Positions 32,506 through 41,935 of a DNA stretch of 64,000 bases are shown in pieces. Source of the stretch: Spirochaetia bacterium (GTDB lineage Bacteria > Spirochaetota > Spirochaetia > SZUA-6 > Bin103). A program made the translations under genes and the position numbers. Every line of letters begins with the position of its first letter. Position 1 is the stretch's first letter. The notes beneath the pieces are model-generated. The model made no database searches, was not told the origin of the DNA, and was given only the letters and a program-made list of their open reading frames with translations. Where the stretch lies: NCBI GenBank assembly GCA_965203515.1, contig OZ241907.1, forward strand, positions 3,296,001 through 3,360,000. Reading direction: 5' to 3'.

Positions 32506-33348
32506 ATGGTCATCGACAGTCACCTGCACGTATGGAGCGACGATCCGCGGCGCTACCCGTGGGCAGACGGCGGTCCGGCGCAGGCCGGCAGCGTCGAGTT
32601 GCTGCTGGAGACCATGGATCGGCACGGCGTCGACCAGGCGTGCCTGGTCCAGTCGATCCACTACCTGTTCGACAACCGCTACGCGGCCGACTGCCTGGCC
32701 CGCTATCCGGGCCGGTTCTCGGCGATCGCGGTGATGGACCGCAACGCCGCCGACGCGGTCGAGCGGCTGGAGCGGCTGGTGACCGGGGACGGCTTCGAGG
32801 GACTGCGCATGCATCTGTCGCGCGCCGATGACCCGGCCGAGTGGGCCGACCCCTCGCAGGACCCGATCTGGCGCAAGGCCGAGGAGCTCGGCGCCTGCTT
32901 CCTGAGCTTCGGCCCCGCGGAGATGCAGCCGGCGGTCGAGCCGATCATCGCCCGCCACCCCGGGGTCGCGGTGATCCTGGATCACCTGGGCGGCGCGCCG
33001 TTCGACGAAGAGCCGCCGTTTCCGCTGCTGGGCAACGTACTGGCCCTTGCCCGCCATCCCAACGTCTACGTGAAGTTCACGCCGCAGGCCGCGCGCGCGG
33101 CCTGCCCCTTCCCGTTCGCCGACCAGCATTCGGTCTACGAACGCATCTACGACGCCTTCGGTCCGCAGCGCCTGATGTGGGGCACCGACTTCCCGCATAT
33201 CCTTGCCGACATCGGCTACGGCAACGGGCTCGACCTGTTCCGCGAGCGCCTGCCGTTTCTCACCGATGAGGACAAACGCTGGCTGTTCGCGGAGACCGCG
33301 CGGTCGATCTGGAAGTTCGGAGCCGAGCGGCCGCCTCGCGCGCGTTGA
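32506..33348 (+). CDS. Amidohydrolase_2 family protein
   Basis: IDSHLHVW, ILDHLG, RLMWGTDFP. Confidence 0.88.
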   Translation: MVIDSHLHVWSDDPRRYPWADGGPAQAGSVELLLETMDRHGVDQACLVQSIHYLFDNRYAADCLARYPGRFSAIAVMDRNAADAVERLERLVTGDGFEGLRMHLSRADDPAEWADPSQDPIWRKAEELGACFLSFGPAEMQPAVEPIIARHPGVAVILDHLGGAPFDEEPPFPLLGNVLALARHPNVYVKFTPQAARAACPFPFADQHSVYERIYDAFGPQRLMWGTDFPHILADIGYGNGLDLFRERLPFLTDEDKRWLFAETARSIWKFGAERPPRAR

Positions 33349-33369
33349 CGATTCGGCGCCCTCCGCCGG

Positions 33370-34386
33370 TCAGGCAGGGGCGGGATCGATCCACCTTTGC
33401 GGGCTGCCGGTGGCGATCGAGTCGAGGATGCGCTCCACCAGCAGCACGGCGCGGATGCCGTCGGCCGAGCTGACCGGCGGTTCGGCGCCGGCGCGGATGG
33501 CGGCGACCAGCGGGGCGAAGCGAGCGGCCGGGGCCGGGCGGATCGTCTCCGTGGCGTGATCCCCGGTCAGCGGATCCCGGCGCGTGAGCGTCACGGCCTG
33601 CCAGTGATCGTGCAGCACCGCCGACGCCGAACCGTCGAAGAACTCGAAGAACCACTTGCCGGTCACCTCGTTGCGGCCCGCGTCGGCCATCAGGAACGTG
33701 GCCGCGCCGCCGTCGGCGAACCGCAGCGTCGCCGCCACCGTGTCGACCACGCCGCCGCCGCGCAGCTCGTCCGCATGCCGGACCGCGCCGCCGGTGGCGT
33801 AGACCTCCACCGGATGGGCGTCGTGCATCCAGCACAGCAGGTCCAGTGCGTGTATGCCCACGTCGTACAGCGGTCCGCCGCCCTGCGTCGGGTGCCACCG
33901 CCAGCGCGACAGGTCGGCCGGCGGCTGCGTGCACTGGGCGTGGCTCACCATGATCGGGCCGAGCCGCTCGCGGGCGGCGCGCGCCGTGTTGGCGAAGCGG
34001 ATCGAGTGGTTGAGCATCAGGCGCCGGTCCGCGGCGGCGCGCTCCGCCTCGATCCGCAGGCAATCGGCCGAGGTCATGGCCATCGGCTTCTCCAGATAGA
34101 CGTGCTTGCCGGCCCGCAGCGCGGCGATCGCCAGCTCGGCGTGCGAGTCGTGCGCGGTGGCGATCGAGACGACGTCGACGGCCGAGTCGGAGAAGACCAC
34201 ATCCGGCTCCGTCGTGTGCCACGCGTCCGGGTAGTCGCGTCTCAGCGCTGCGGCGGCCTCCGGTTCCACGTCGCAGAAACCGTGCACGACGATATCAGGA
34301 TCGGCCGCCGCGCCGCGCGTGAGCGCCCGTCCGGCAGCGCCGCAACCGATCAGCGCCCAGCCCAACCGTCCCCGACCGTCCCCCAT
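33370..34386 (-). CDS. Gfo/Idh/MocA family oxidoreductase
   Basis: IGCGAAG, GKHVYLEKP, GGGPLYDVGIH. Confidence 0.9.
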   Translation of the reverse strand: MGDGRGRLGWALIGCGAAGRALTRGAAADPDIVVHGFCDVEPEAAAALRRDYPDAWHTTEPDVVFSDSAVDVVSIATAHDSHAELAIAALRAGKHVYLEKPMAMTSADCLRIEAERAAADRRLMLNHSIRFANTARAARERLGPIMVSHAQCTQPPADLSRWRWHPTQGGGPLYDVGIHALDLLCWMHDAHPVEVYATGGAVRHADELRGGGVVDTVAATLRFADGGAATFLMADAGRNEVTGKWFFEFFDGSASAVLHDHWQAVTLTRRDPLTGDHATETIRPAPAARFAPLVAAIRAGAEPPVSSADGIRAVLLVERILDSIATGSPQRWIDPAPA

Positions 34387-34476
34387 CGACCGCCTCCTTC
34401 AAGCAACCCTGCCGAGATCGTACCATGATGCTGCGCTGCCGTCCGTCACGCCCGGCAGGCGGCATCAAAGGGCCGA

Positions 34477-37272
34477 TCAGTCGGCCAGCAACGCGGTGTA
34501 TCGCTGCAGCGGCACGTTCACCGACAGGAACGCTCGCCACGTCGACGGCTGGTGCGCGGTGCGCAACGGCACGTCCAGCCCCACGCCGACCGGCACCGAC
34601 AGCAGGTCGCCCAACGAGGTGAGACCGGCGCTCAGCTCGATGCCGGCGTGCGGGTCCCATGCCCGGCCTTCGGCGAGCGCGTCGAACGCCGTGAAGCGGT
34701 TCTCGGCCTCTACGTAGAGCGCCGCCGAAACGCTGCGCGCGATCACCGCGTCCAGCAGCCGGTCCCGGCGGCCGCCGATCAACGGCACGATCACCTCCAT
34801 GCTGCCGTAGAGCCGGCCGGTGGCCGGCGCGGCCCCGGCGGCGTTGCCGCCGGCGCGCAGGCGGCTGGTCAGGCCCGAGGGCTGCGCCGTGCCGATGCCG
34901 AACAGCCGCCAGTCAGCGCCCAGGTCGGCGCTCGGCACCAGGTACACGCGCGGCGCGATGCGAAGCGGCACCGCCAGCGCGAGGCTCGATTGCAGCCCCC
35001 AGGTGCGCTCCGCCGGCAGTATGGTCGCGCGCTGGCGCAGCGACGCCAGGTGCGGAACGCCATGCCGCAGCCCGGAGGAATCGAGCCCGACCCACGGCTG
35101 CAGAGCGACCCGCTGATCGATGTCCAGCCCGGCCAGGAACGCCTGCGCGCCGCTGTGAAAGACCGGACGCGTACCCACCTCCACGGGTCTCCACAACGGC
35201 CGGCGATAGTGGAGCGAGCCGCGCCAGTCGTCCGCCCGGTACCAGGTGAAGCCGGCGCCGACGCGGGTCGACGCCGGCAGGGCGAGGCTGATCGACGCGT
35301 ACGCGCCCGGTTCCACCGGCAGCGACGGCGTGACCCGCGCGGCGACGCCCGCGGCCAACCGGTACGAGACCGTGCCGGTCGACCAGTACCCCAACCCGGC
35401 GCCCAGTTCCACCGTTCCCGGCGCCGTCTCCAGCACCCGGAGATCGAGACCGATCAGATCGGCCTCGTGCGGGCTGTGCTGCCGCGCCAGCCGGCTCAGC
35501 TTGCGCGGGTAGTGGTTGTTCTTCCGGTCGGTGTCCAGCGTGTACCAGTCGGGATCGATCTCCACCGTGCGTACGCGGCCCGCCACGTGCAGGACCGCGG
35601 CGCCGCGCACCGTGAACGTGCGCACCCGCTCTCCGGCGGCCCCGCCGCTCCCCGACACCACGCGGACCGGGGCGGCCAGACCGCTGTCCCCGTAGTCACG
35701 GATCGCGACGCGCGACACGCCCCGTTCGTGCGTCACCCGCTCCACGCCGTAGTCGGGGTACCGCGTAGCCCGCAACACCCGTTCGCCGGCGAGAGCCATT
35801 CCCGGACGATGGCGCTCCAGGAGCGTGAGGAACCGCTCGGTATCGGAATGCCGGTAGCGGTAGCGGCGGGCGTAGTCGGCGAGGGCCGCGTCGAAGGCCG
35901 GCTTGCCCATCTCCGTGGCGAGCTGGCGAACGGCCAGGGCCCCCTTGGAGTAGATGACCGCGGTCAGACCGTTCTGGTTGCGCTCCTCGTCCCGGTCGGT
36001 GACCACGGGAAAGTCGAAGCCCGAGGCGCGCAGCGCACGGAACCCTTCCATCAGCCAACCGCGCACGCTCGCGTACGGCAGCGCGGAGCCGGCGATGCGA
36101 GCCAACGGGGCGGCATCTCTCGGAAACAGGTTGTCGTCGGCGCCGTACTTCCGCTCCAGGTAGTCGGCCGCCACGTACTGGGCAAGCGATTCGCTGAGCC
36201 AGTTGTCGCTGATGAAGTCGACCGCCGTGCCGACGCCGAAGTGGAAGTGGCCGATTTCATGCGCGACCAGGAACTCCAGCACCCGGTCCCCCAGCTCCGG
36301 GAACGGTACGTCGGCGTCGAACGCTCCGCTGCCGAGTATCACCAGGCCGTCGGACGCCAGACCCCACAGCCCCGGCCGCACCCCTTCGACGATGGTGACC
36401 TGCCGGTAGTCGAGCGCGCCGAGCCGCGCGGCGTAGTGATCGAGGATCTCGACCGCGTAGCCGGCCAGCTTGCGCGCTTGCCGTTCGCGGCCGGCGCTAT
36501 GGAACACGCGCACGCGGTGGCCGGAAGACGAGGCCGTCAGCACCTGCCAGCGATCTTCCGCGGCGATGATGAGCGGAATCGCCACGGCGGGGCCGCGGCT
36601 CTCGAGCACGTAGGCGGTGCCGTCCGGCGCCGGCGCGCGTTGCTCGGCGCGCGAGATTACCCGGTAGCCGCGCGGCACCACGATGCGCACTCGATAGCTC
36701 TCCATGGGCGGCAGCGTGAGGGTCGCCGGGTCGGGGTAGAGCCGCGGATACCAGCCGAAACGTTGGACGAAGACGCCGCCGCGGCTGGTGAGATCGGGCG
36801 CGCGCCGGGCCGGCAGGTGCGTGCGGAACGCGACCGTGAGCCGGTAGCGATCGCGCTCGGGAAGCCGCAGCCGCACCGCCAATCCGGGGGCGGGGTAGGT
36901 GAGCAGACGCTCGCGCACCGGCGGCGTGAACTCCTGATATTCGATCTCGTTGCCGTCCGCGTCGGCGATGCGTTCGATCCGGGTGTAGCTCGGCTCGAAC
37001 CCGTCCTGGTACTGCCAGTCTTCCATCACCGGGTTGTCGTACGGGTTGGGGACCGCGCCGATATTGTTGGACAGCGCCAGCACCGCGCCCGCCTCCGCCT
37101 CCGCGCGGGTGAAGGAGATGACCTGCGTGCCGGCGACGACCGCCGTCTCGGGGTCGTAGGTCAGGTCGAAGCGGTAGCGCTCGGCGCCGAGCGGGGCCGG
37201 TTGCGCCGCGCCGGCGGCGAGGACAAGGCCCGCGGCCGCCGCGCGGAGCCCGGCCTGCGCGCGGCGTGGCAT
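34477..37272 (-). CDS. Secreted M1/gluzincin metallopeptidase with C-terminal beta-strand-rich domain
   Basis: Signal peptide; HEIGH-18x-E (WLSES); YSKG; IDPD motif; ~330-aa amphipathic beta-rich C-terminus. Confidence 0.8.
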   Translation of the reverse strand: MPRRAQAGLRAAAAGLVLAAGAAQPAPLGAERYRFDLTYDPETAVVAGTQVISFTRAEAEAGAVLALSNNIGAVPNPYDNPVMEDWQYQDGFEPSYTRIERIADADGNEIEYQEFTPPVRERLLTYPAPGLAVRLRLPERDRYRLTVAFRTHLPARRAPDLTSRGGVFVQRFGWYPRLYPDPATLTLPPMESYRVRIVVPRGYRVISRAEQRAPAPDGTAYVLESRGPAVAIPLIIAAEDRWQVLTASSSGHRVRVFHSAGRERQARKLAGYAVEILDHYAARLGALDYRQVTIVEGVRPGLWGLASDGLVILGSGAFDADVPFPELGDRVLEFLVAHEIGHFHFGVGTAVDFISDNWLSESLAQYVAADYLERKYGADDNLFPRDAAPLARIAGSALPYASVRGWLMEGFRALRASGFDFPVVTDRDEERNQNGLTAVIYSKGALAVRQLATEMGKPAFDAALADYARRYRYRHSDTERFLTLLERHRPGMALAGERVLRATRYPDYGVERVTHERGVSRVAIRDYGDSGLAAPVRVVSGSGGAAGERVRTFTVRGAAVLHVAGRVRTVEIDPDWYTLDTDRKNNHYPRKLSRLARQHSPHEADLIGLDLRVLETAPGTVELGAGLGYWSTGTVSYRLAAGVAARVTPSLPVEPGAYASISLALPASTRVGAGFTWYRADDWRGSLHYRRPLWRPVEVGTRPVFHSGAQAFLAGLDIDQRVALQPWVGLDSSGLRHGVPHLASLRQRATILPAERTWGLQSSLALAVPLRIAPRVYLVPSADLGADWRLFGIGTAQPSGLTSRLRAGGNAAGAAPATGRLYGSMEVIVPLIGGRRDRLLDAVIARSVSAALYVEAENRFTAFDALAEGRAWDPHAGIELSAGLTSLGDLLSVPVGVGLDVPLRTAHQPSTWRAFLSVNVPLQRYTALLAD

Positions 37273-37296
37273 TGAGCAGGCCGGGAGGGTATCGAT

Positions 37297-37336
37297 CGCG
37301 CCGGGGTCAGCGCTTCCGCGCCGGGGTCAGCGCTTC
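37297..37336. repeat. 20-bp tandem duplication spanning the dipeptidase stop codon
   Basis: cgcgccggggtcagcgcttc at 37297-37316 and 37317-37336. Confidence 0.9.
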
Positions 37337-38460
37337 GCGGGCTGACCGTCCGCCCATGACTCCCGGAAGAAGCGCAGCGCGTTGCCGTGCAGGATCGCAT
37401 CGGCGTCCTGCTGCCGGTAGCCGGCCTGGCGGAGGACGCCTCCGAAGCGGCCCACGTCGGCGATCGTGTCGACGTCGGTCGGCGTCAGCTCGGCGCCGAA
37501 GCCGCCGTCCATGTCGGTGCCGATGGCGATGTTGGCGATCGAGCCGCCGGCCAGGTCGCCGATCCGTTCCACGTGCGGGAGGAGCCCGTCCATCGCGTAC
37601 TTCGGCTGCCAGTCGCGCGGCTTCTTGCGGTTGTCCCAGTCGATGTCCGGGTCGATGAAGTACTGGCAGAAGACCAGGCCGATCACGCCGCCGCGGCGCA
37701 CCAGCTCCTTGATCACGTCGTCGTGCAGGTGGCGCTGCCCCCGTACGAGCGCCCGGCAGGTGCAGTGCGATGCCATCACCGGACCGTCCCACCGCTCGAA
37801 CGATTCCCACACCGCCTGATCGGCCATGTGCGTGATGTCCAGGATCATGCCGGCGTCGCGCATGGCCCGGTAGAGATCGGCGGCCGGCGGCTTGAGGCCG
37901 CCCTCGGTCCCGGTCCCGTGGATGTAGGTGTTGTCGCCGAAGTGCGCGGGGCCCACGACGCGCAGCCCGGCGTCCCACCAGAACGCCACGTCGTCGGGGT
38001 CCTCGATCGGGTCGGCGCTCTCCATGGAGAGCACGTGATAGATCGGCGCCGCGGCGGCGGCCCGGTCAGTGGGACCGCTCCAGGCGGCGAGCGCCTCGTC
38101 CAGGTCGTCGATGCCCAGGACCGGTTTGAACAGCCCGCGTCGGGCCAGGGTGCGATAGTACGCCAAGTGGCCGCGGCCGACCGCCATGGCCTGTTCCTGG
38201 GTGCGCATCCCGTCCCGCATGCGGGCGTGGCGTTGCTGAATGCGCGACATGATGGTGGAGAGCACCAGCCCGACCCGCCCGCGGCGCAGTTCCGGTATGG
38301 TCACGGTGCAGATGCCGGTGTTCAGGTCCGGCGACACCTGCGGCGGCTCGTCCTCCTCCAGGGCGCGCATGGCGGCGACCTCGATCGTGAGGTCGCGGTT
38401 CCAGAACAGGGCGTCCCACGCCAAGTCCAGATGCAGGTCAATGACGAAGGGGCGTTCCAT
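37327..38460 (-). CDS. Membrane dipeptidase (peptidase M19)
   Basis: IDLHLD, SMESAD, LDITH, ASH, IGTDMDGG, GNALRF. Confidence 0.9.
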   Translation of the reverse strand: MERPFVIDLHLDLAWDALFWNRDLTIEVAAMRALEEDEPPQVSPDLNTGICTVTIPELRRGRVGLVLSTIMSRIQQRHARMRDGMRTQEQAMAVGRGHLAYYRTLARRGLFKPVLGIDDLDEALAAWSGPTDRAAAAAPIYHVLSMESADPIEDPDDVAFWWDAGLRVVGPAHFGDNTYIHGTGTEGGLKPPAADLYRAMRDAGMILDITHMADQAVWESFERWDGPVMASHCTCRALVRGQRHLHDDVIKELVRRGGVIGLVFCQYFIDPDIDWDNRKKPRDWQPKYAMDGLLPHVERIGDLAGGSIANIAIGTDMDGGFGAELTPTDVDTIADVGRFGGVLRQAGYRQQDADAILHGNALRFFRESWADGQPAKR

Positions 38461-38472
38461 ACGTGCCTCTCA

Positions 38473-40005
38473 TCATCGGTCGGCGGTTCGCAGGCGGCCG
38501 TCGACGACCGGCGCGACCGAGCCCTGCGCGGCGATGTAGTCGATCACCTGGCTGGTCATCAACCGGCCGGCGTACCGGTCGACGACGCGCGGCTTGTCCG
38601 CGAAGTCGTAGCCGTCGCCGCCGCCGGCCATGAAGTCGTTGACCGCCAGGGTATGGACCGCGTCGAGGTCGAGCGCCGCGCCGTCGCGCCGTACTTCGAT
38701 CACGCGCTCGCCGGCCGGCCGGTCAGGGTCGTAGACCGCGTCGAGTCCCGACAGGTGCGGGAACCGCCCGGCCCCGTCTTCGATCCCGCCGAGTCCGTTC
38801 TCCAGCGCGGCGATGAGGTCGCGGCCGGTGACCTGCAGGACGACCGTGTAGTTCCCGAACGGCAGCTCGGTGACGATGTCGCGGCGCGTCAGCATGGCGC
38901 CGGGCTCGTAGAGCCGGTCGCCGCGGATACCCCCGCCATTGGTGAGCGCCACGTCCGCGCCGGTCGCGGCGCGCACGGCGTCCGTGAACAGGTTGCCGAT
39001 CGCCGCCTCGCCGCTCCGCACGGTCTGGCGGCGGCTGTCGAGCTCGGTCGCCGTCGTGCCGATCACCACGTCCAGATCGCCGGCGAGCCGGTCGAGATAG
39101 CCCTGTACCGCGGCGGCCATCTCCGCATCCGGTTCCACCCGAGCGGTATTGACGATGCGAAAGGACGGGCTCCACGCGAACTGCGGGCCGTCGCGGCCTT
39201 CCTCCTGGTCGAGCACCAGGTCGATGACCGTGACCCAGTCGGCCTGCTCGCCCGACTCCGCGAACAGTACGTCGCCGCTGTAGTCGATCCGCAACAGGTG
39301 ATCGTCGCCGCTGAGCAGCAGGTCCACGGCGCCCTGCGCGATCAGCGCCCGATCCTCGGTGACGTCGGTATGCGCCAGCGCGATGATCAGGTCGGCGCCG
39401 GCCGCCCGCAGCGCGCCCGCCTGCTCGGCCGCCACCGCTTCGACGGGCCGGAAGGTCACCTCCCCCGGGCTCGACTTGACGGCGGTGCCGAGCGTGGTAA
39501 GTCCGAAGATGCCGACCCGGAACCGGCCGGCGGAACGCAGGATCGATTCCCGCGCGCCGTCGATGACGTGGCCGTCGGCATCGATGTTGTTGGCGCCCAG
39601 GATCGGGAAGGCCGCCTCCGCAAAGCGTTGCCGGGCGATCTCCGGCCCGAAGTCGTATTCGTGATTGCCGATCGCCATGGCGGTCAGGTCGAGCCGGTTC
39701 AGAAGGTCGATCATGTGGGCGCCCCGGTCGAAGCCGGACAACAGGGACGGCGAGATGGCGTCACCGGCGAACGTCACCAGCACGTGTTCGGCGCGCGCCC
39801 GCTCGGCGCCGATGACCGCAGCCAGCCGCGCGATCCCGCCCTGTCCGCCGCGCTCCTCCATGCGGTCCAGATCGTTGAAGTGCACGATGGTCAGCTCCAC
39901 CGGCGCGGCGAAGCCGGCCGCCGCGCCGAGCGACCATGCCGCCAGCGCGATCGCGGCTGACAGGCGGCCGGTCCGGCGCGGACCCGTGCGGTCTGTTCCG
40001 CTCAT
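38473..40005 (-). CDS. Periplasmic bifunctional metallophosphatase / 5'-nucleotidase
   Basis: Signal peptide; HFND, GD, GNHEYD, NGGGIR, LPFGN, GGDGY. Confidence 0.9.
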   Translation of the reverse strand: MSGTDRTGPRRTGRLSAAIALAAWSLGAAAGFAAPVELTIVHFNDLDRMEERGGQGGIARLAAVIGAERARAEHVLVTFAGDAISPSLLSGFDRGAHMIDLLNRLDLTAMAIGNHEYDFGPEIARQRFAEAAFPILGANNIDADGHVIDGARESILRSAGRFRVGIFGLTTLGTAVKSSPGEVTFRPVEAVAAEQAGALRAAGADLIIALAHTDVTEDRALIAQGAVDLLLSGDDHLLRIDYSGDVLFAESGEQADWVTVIDLVLDQEEGRDGPQFAWSPSFRIVNTARVEPDAEMAAAVQGYLDRLAGDLDVVIGTTATELDSRRQTVRSGEAAIGNLFTDAVRAATGADVALTNGGGIRGDRLYEPGAMLTRRDIVTELPFGNYTVVLQVTGRDLIAALENGLGGIEDGAGRFPHLSGLDAVYDPDRPAGERVIEVRRDGAALDLDAVHTLAVNDFMAGGGDGYDFADKPRVVDRYAGRLMTSQVIDYIAAQGSVAPVVDGRLRTADR

Positions 40006-41795
40006 CGGTTCCCGTTGCCCGCCAGCCTGGCAAACTCGCCCACGTGCGACAAGGGGCGGTCGATGGCCGCCTGCCAGAACTCCGGCTGCCCCAGATCGAC
40101 GCCCAGATGGCGCCGGGCAAGGTCTTCGCAGGTCATGGCGCCGGTGTCCGCCAGCAGCCGCCGGTAGTCGGCGGCGAACCCCGGCCCCTCGGCGGCCGCC
40201 CGCGCGGCCAGACCGCTCGCCAGCAGATACCCGACCACGTACGGAAAGTTGTAGAAGGGCACGTCGGTGAAGTAGAAGTGCAGCTTCGACGCCCAGAACA
40301 GCGGGTGCCAGCCGTCCGCCGCCAGCGCGCCGCAATAGGCGCGGCGCTGCGCGTCGACCATCAGCTCGTCGAGCTCCGCGGCCGTCAGCGGGCCGGCCGC
40401 GCGCCGGCGGTAGAAGTCGATCTCGAACAGGAACCGCGATCGCAGGTTCATCAGCATGGTGAGCGCCTCCTCCAGCACGCGGTCGAGCAGCCGGAGGCGC
40501 ACGCCGGCGTCGGCGGTCTGGTCGAGCGCCGCCGAAATCAGCAGTCCCTCGCAGAAGGTGCTGGCGGTCTCCGCCAGGGTCATCGGATAGGAGGTCGCGT
40601 GGTAGGGGCGGTCGCGCAGCAGCCAGGCGTGGTAGGCGTGGCCCAGTTCGTGCGCCAGGGTGGTGGCGCCGCCGAAGGTCCCGCCGTAGGTCATGAAGAT
40701 GCGGGTCTCCCGGCGGATCGGCAGCGTCGTGCAGAAGCCGCCGGCCGCCTTGCCTTCGCGGTCGGCCGCTTCGATCCAGCGGCCGTCGAAGGCGCGTTCG
40801 GAGAACGCCCGCAGGTCGGGATCGTGCGCGTCGAAGCAGTCCAGGATGCGTTGCGCCGCCGCGTCGAACGAGAGCGCTCCCTCCTCGGCGCCTACCGGCG
40901 CCTGCACGTCGTACCAGTGGAGGGTGTCGACGCCGATCAGCCTGGCCTTGGCCTGCAGGTACGGGATCAACCGGGGCGCCGATTCGGCCACCGCCGCCCA
41001 CATCGCCTCCAGCGACCGGGCCTCCATCCGGTTGAGGTGGAGCGGCTCGTCGAGCACCGAATCCCACCCGCGGTGCCGGTACCAGGTGAGGCGGAAGCCC
41101 GCCTGGCCGTTGAGCGCGCCGGCGGCCAGCTCGGCCACCGGACGCCACGCCGCTTCCAGCGCCTCGAACGCGGCCTTGCGGTCCGCGCGCGCCGGTTCCT
41201 CCAGACGGGCGGCGAGCTGACCCATGGAGAGGCGGCGCCGCTCGCCGTCGACCTCCACCTCGGCCCGCAACGAGCCGGCGAGCGTCGTGTACTGGCGGTC
41301 CCAGGCGTGGTAGCCGTCGGTCGCCAGCTCCTCCACCAGCCCCTCGATGGCGGCGTCCATCTTGCGCCGCGCCAGATCGCGCCGCCGGTCCAGCAGGAAC
41401 GCTATCGGCCGGAGCTCCGGGCCGCCGGTCAGCGCCTGCCAGCGCTCATCGGGAAGACCGGCGGTGCAGGCCGCCAGCGCGGCGCCGAGCGCCTTGAGCG
41501 ACGCCGCCACCGTATCGAGCCGCCCGATCCACTGCCCGGCGTCGGCGTCGGCGGTGTCCTGCGCGCGCAGGCACTCGGCGAAGGAGACCGCTTCGTCCAA
41601 CCGCTGCTCGGCCGCCTGCGCGTCGAGCAACACGGCCCGCAGCTCGGCGTCCGGCGCGGCGCCGCCCAGATCGCGCACGCGTTTGCCCACAGCGGCGACG
41701 TCCCGCTCCAGCGCGGCGACGAAGTCCCGAAACGGGGCCGACCGGCTGCCGCCGACGAAGATCGATTCCAGGTCCCAGGTATCCGATACCGTCAT
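40002..41795 (-). CDS. pepF: Oligoendopeptidase F (peptidase M3B)
   Basis: WDLE, GKAAGGFC, HELGHAYH, AETAS, FYNFPY. Confidence 0.88.
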   Translation of the reverse strand: MTVSDTWDLESIFVGGSRSAPFRDFVAALERDVAAVGKRVRDLGGAAPDAELRAVLLDAQAAEQRLDEAVSFAECLRAQDTADADAGQWIGRLDTVAASLKALGAALAACTAGLPDERWQALTGGPELRPIAFLLDRRRDLARRKMDAAIEGLVEELATDGYHAWDRQYTTLAGSLRAEVEVDGERRRLSMGQLAARLEEPARADRKAAFEALEAAWRPVAELAAGALNGQAGFRLTWYRHRGWDSVLDEPLHLNRMEARSLEAMWAAVAESAPRLIPYLQAKARLIGVDTLHWYDVQAPVGAEEGALSFDAAAQRILDCFDAHDPDLRAFSERAFDGRWIEAADREGKAAGGFCTTLPIRRETRIFMTYGGTFGGATTLAHELGHAYHAWLLRDRPYHATSYPMTLAETASTFCEGLLISAALDQTADAGVRLRLLDRVLEEALTMLMNLRSRFLFEIDFYRRRAAGPLTAAELDELMVDAQRRAYCGALAADGWHPLFWASKLHFYFTDVPFYNFPYVVGYLLASGLAARAAAEGPGFAADYRRLLADTGAMTCEDLARRHLGVDLGQPEFWQAAIDRPLSHVGEFARLAGNGNR

Positions 41796-41841
41796 GCCGG
41801 CATGATAGCGCGCCGGGCCGCCGGCCGCCGAGCCGATGCGC

Positions 41842-41886
41842 AAAAGAAGGGGCGGCCGCCCCTGTCGCAGGAGCAGCCGCCCGTTT
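41842..41886 (-). terminator. Intrinsic terminator after the sugar ABC operon
   Basis: Minus strand GGGCGGCTGCTCCTG-cga-CAGGGGCGGCCGCCC (15-bp stem with G-U pairs) followed by CTTCTTTTG. Confidence 0.8.
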
Positions 41887-41935
41887 CGGCTCCGGGGTCG
41901 TGAGCGTGTCGCCTGCGACCGCCTGAGACTCGGCG

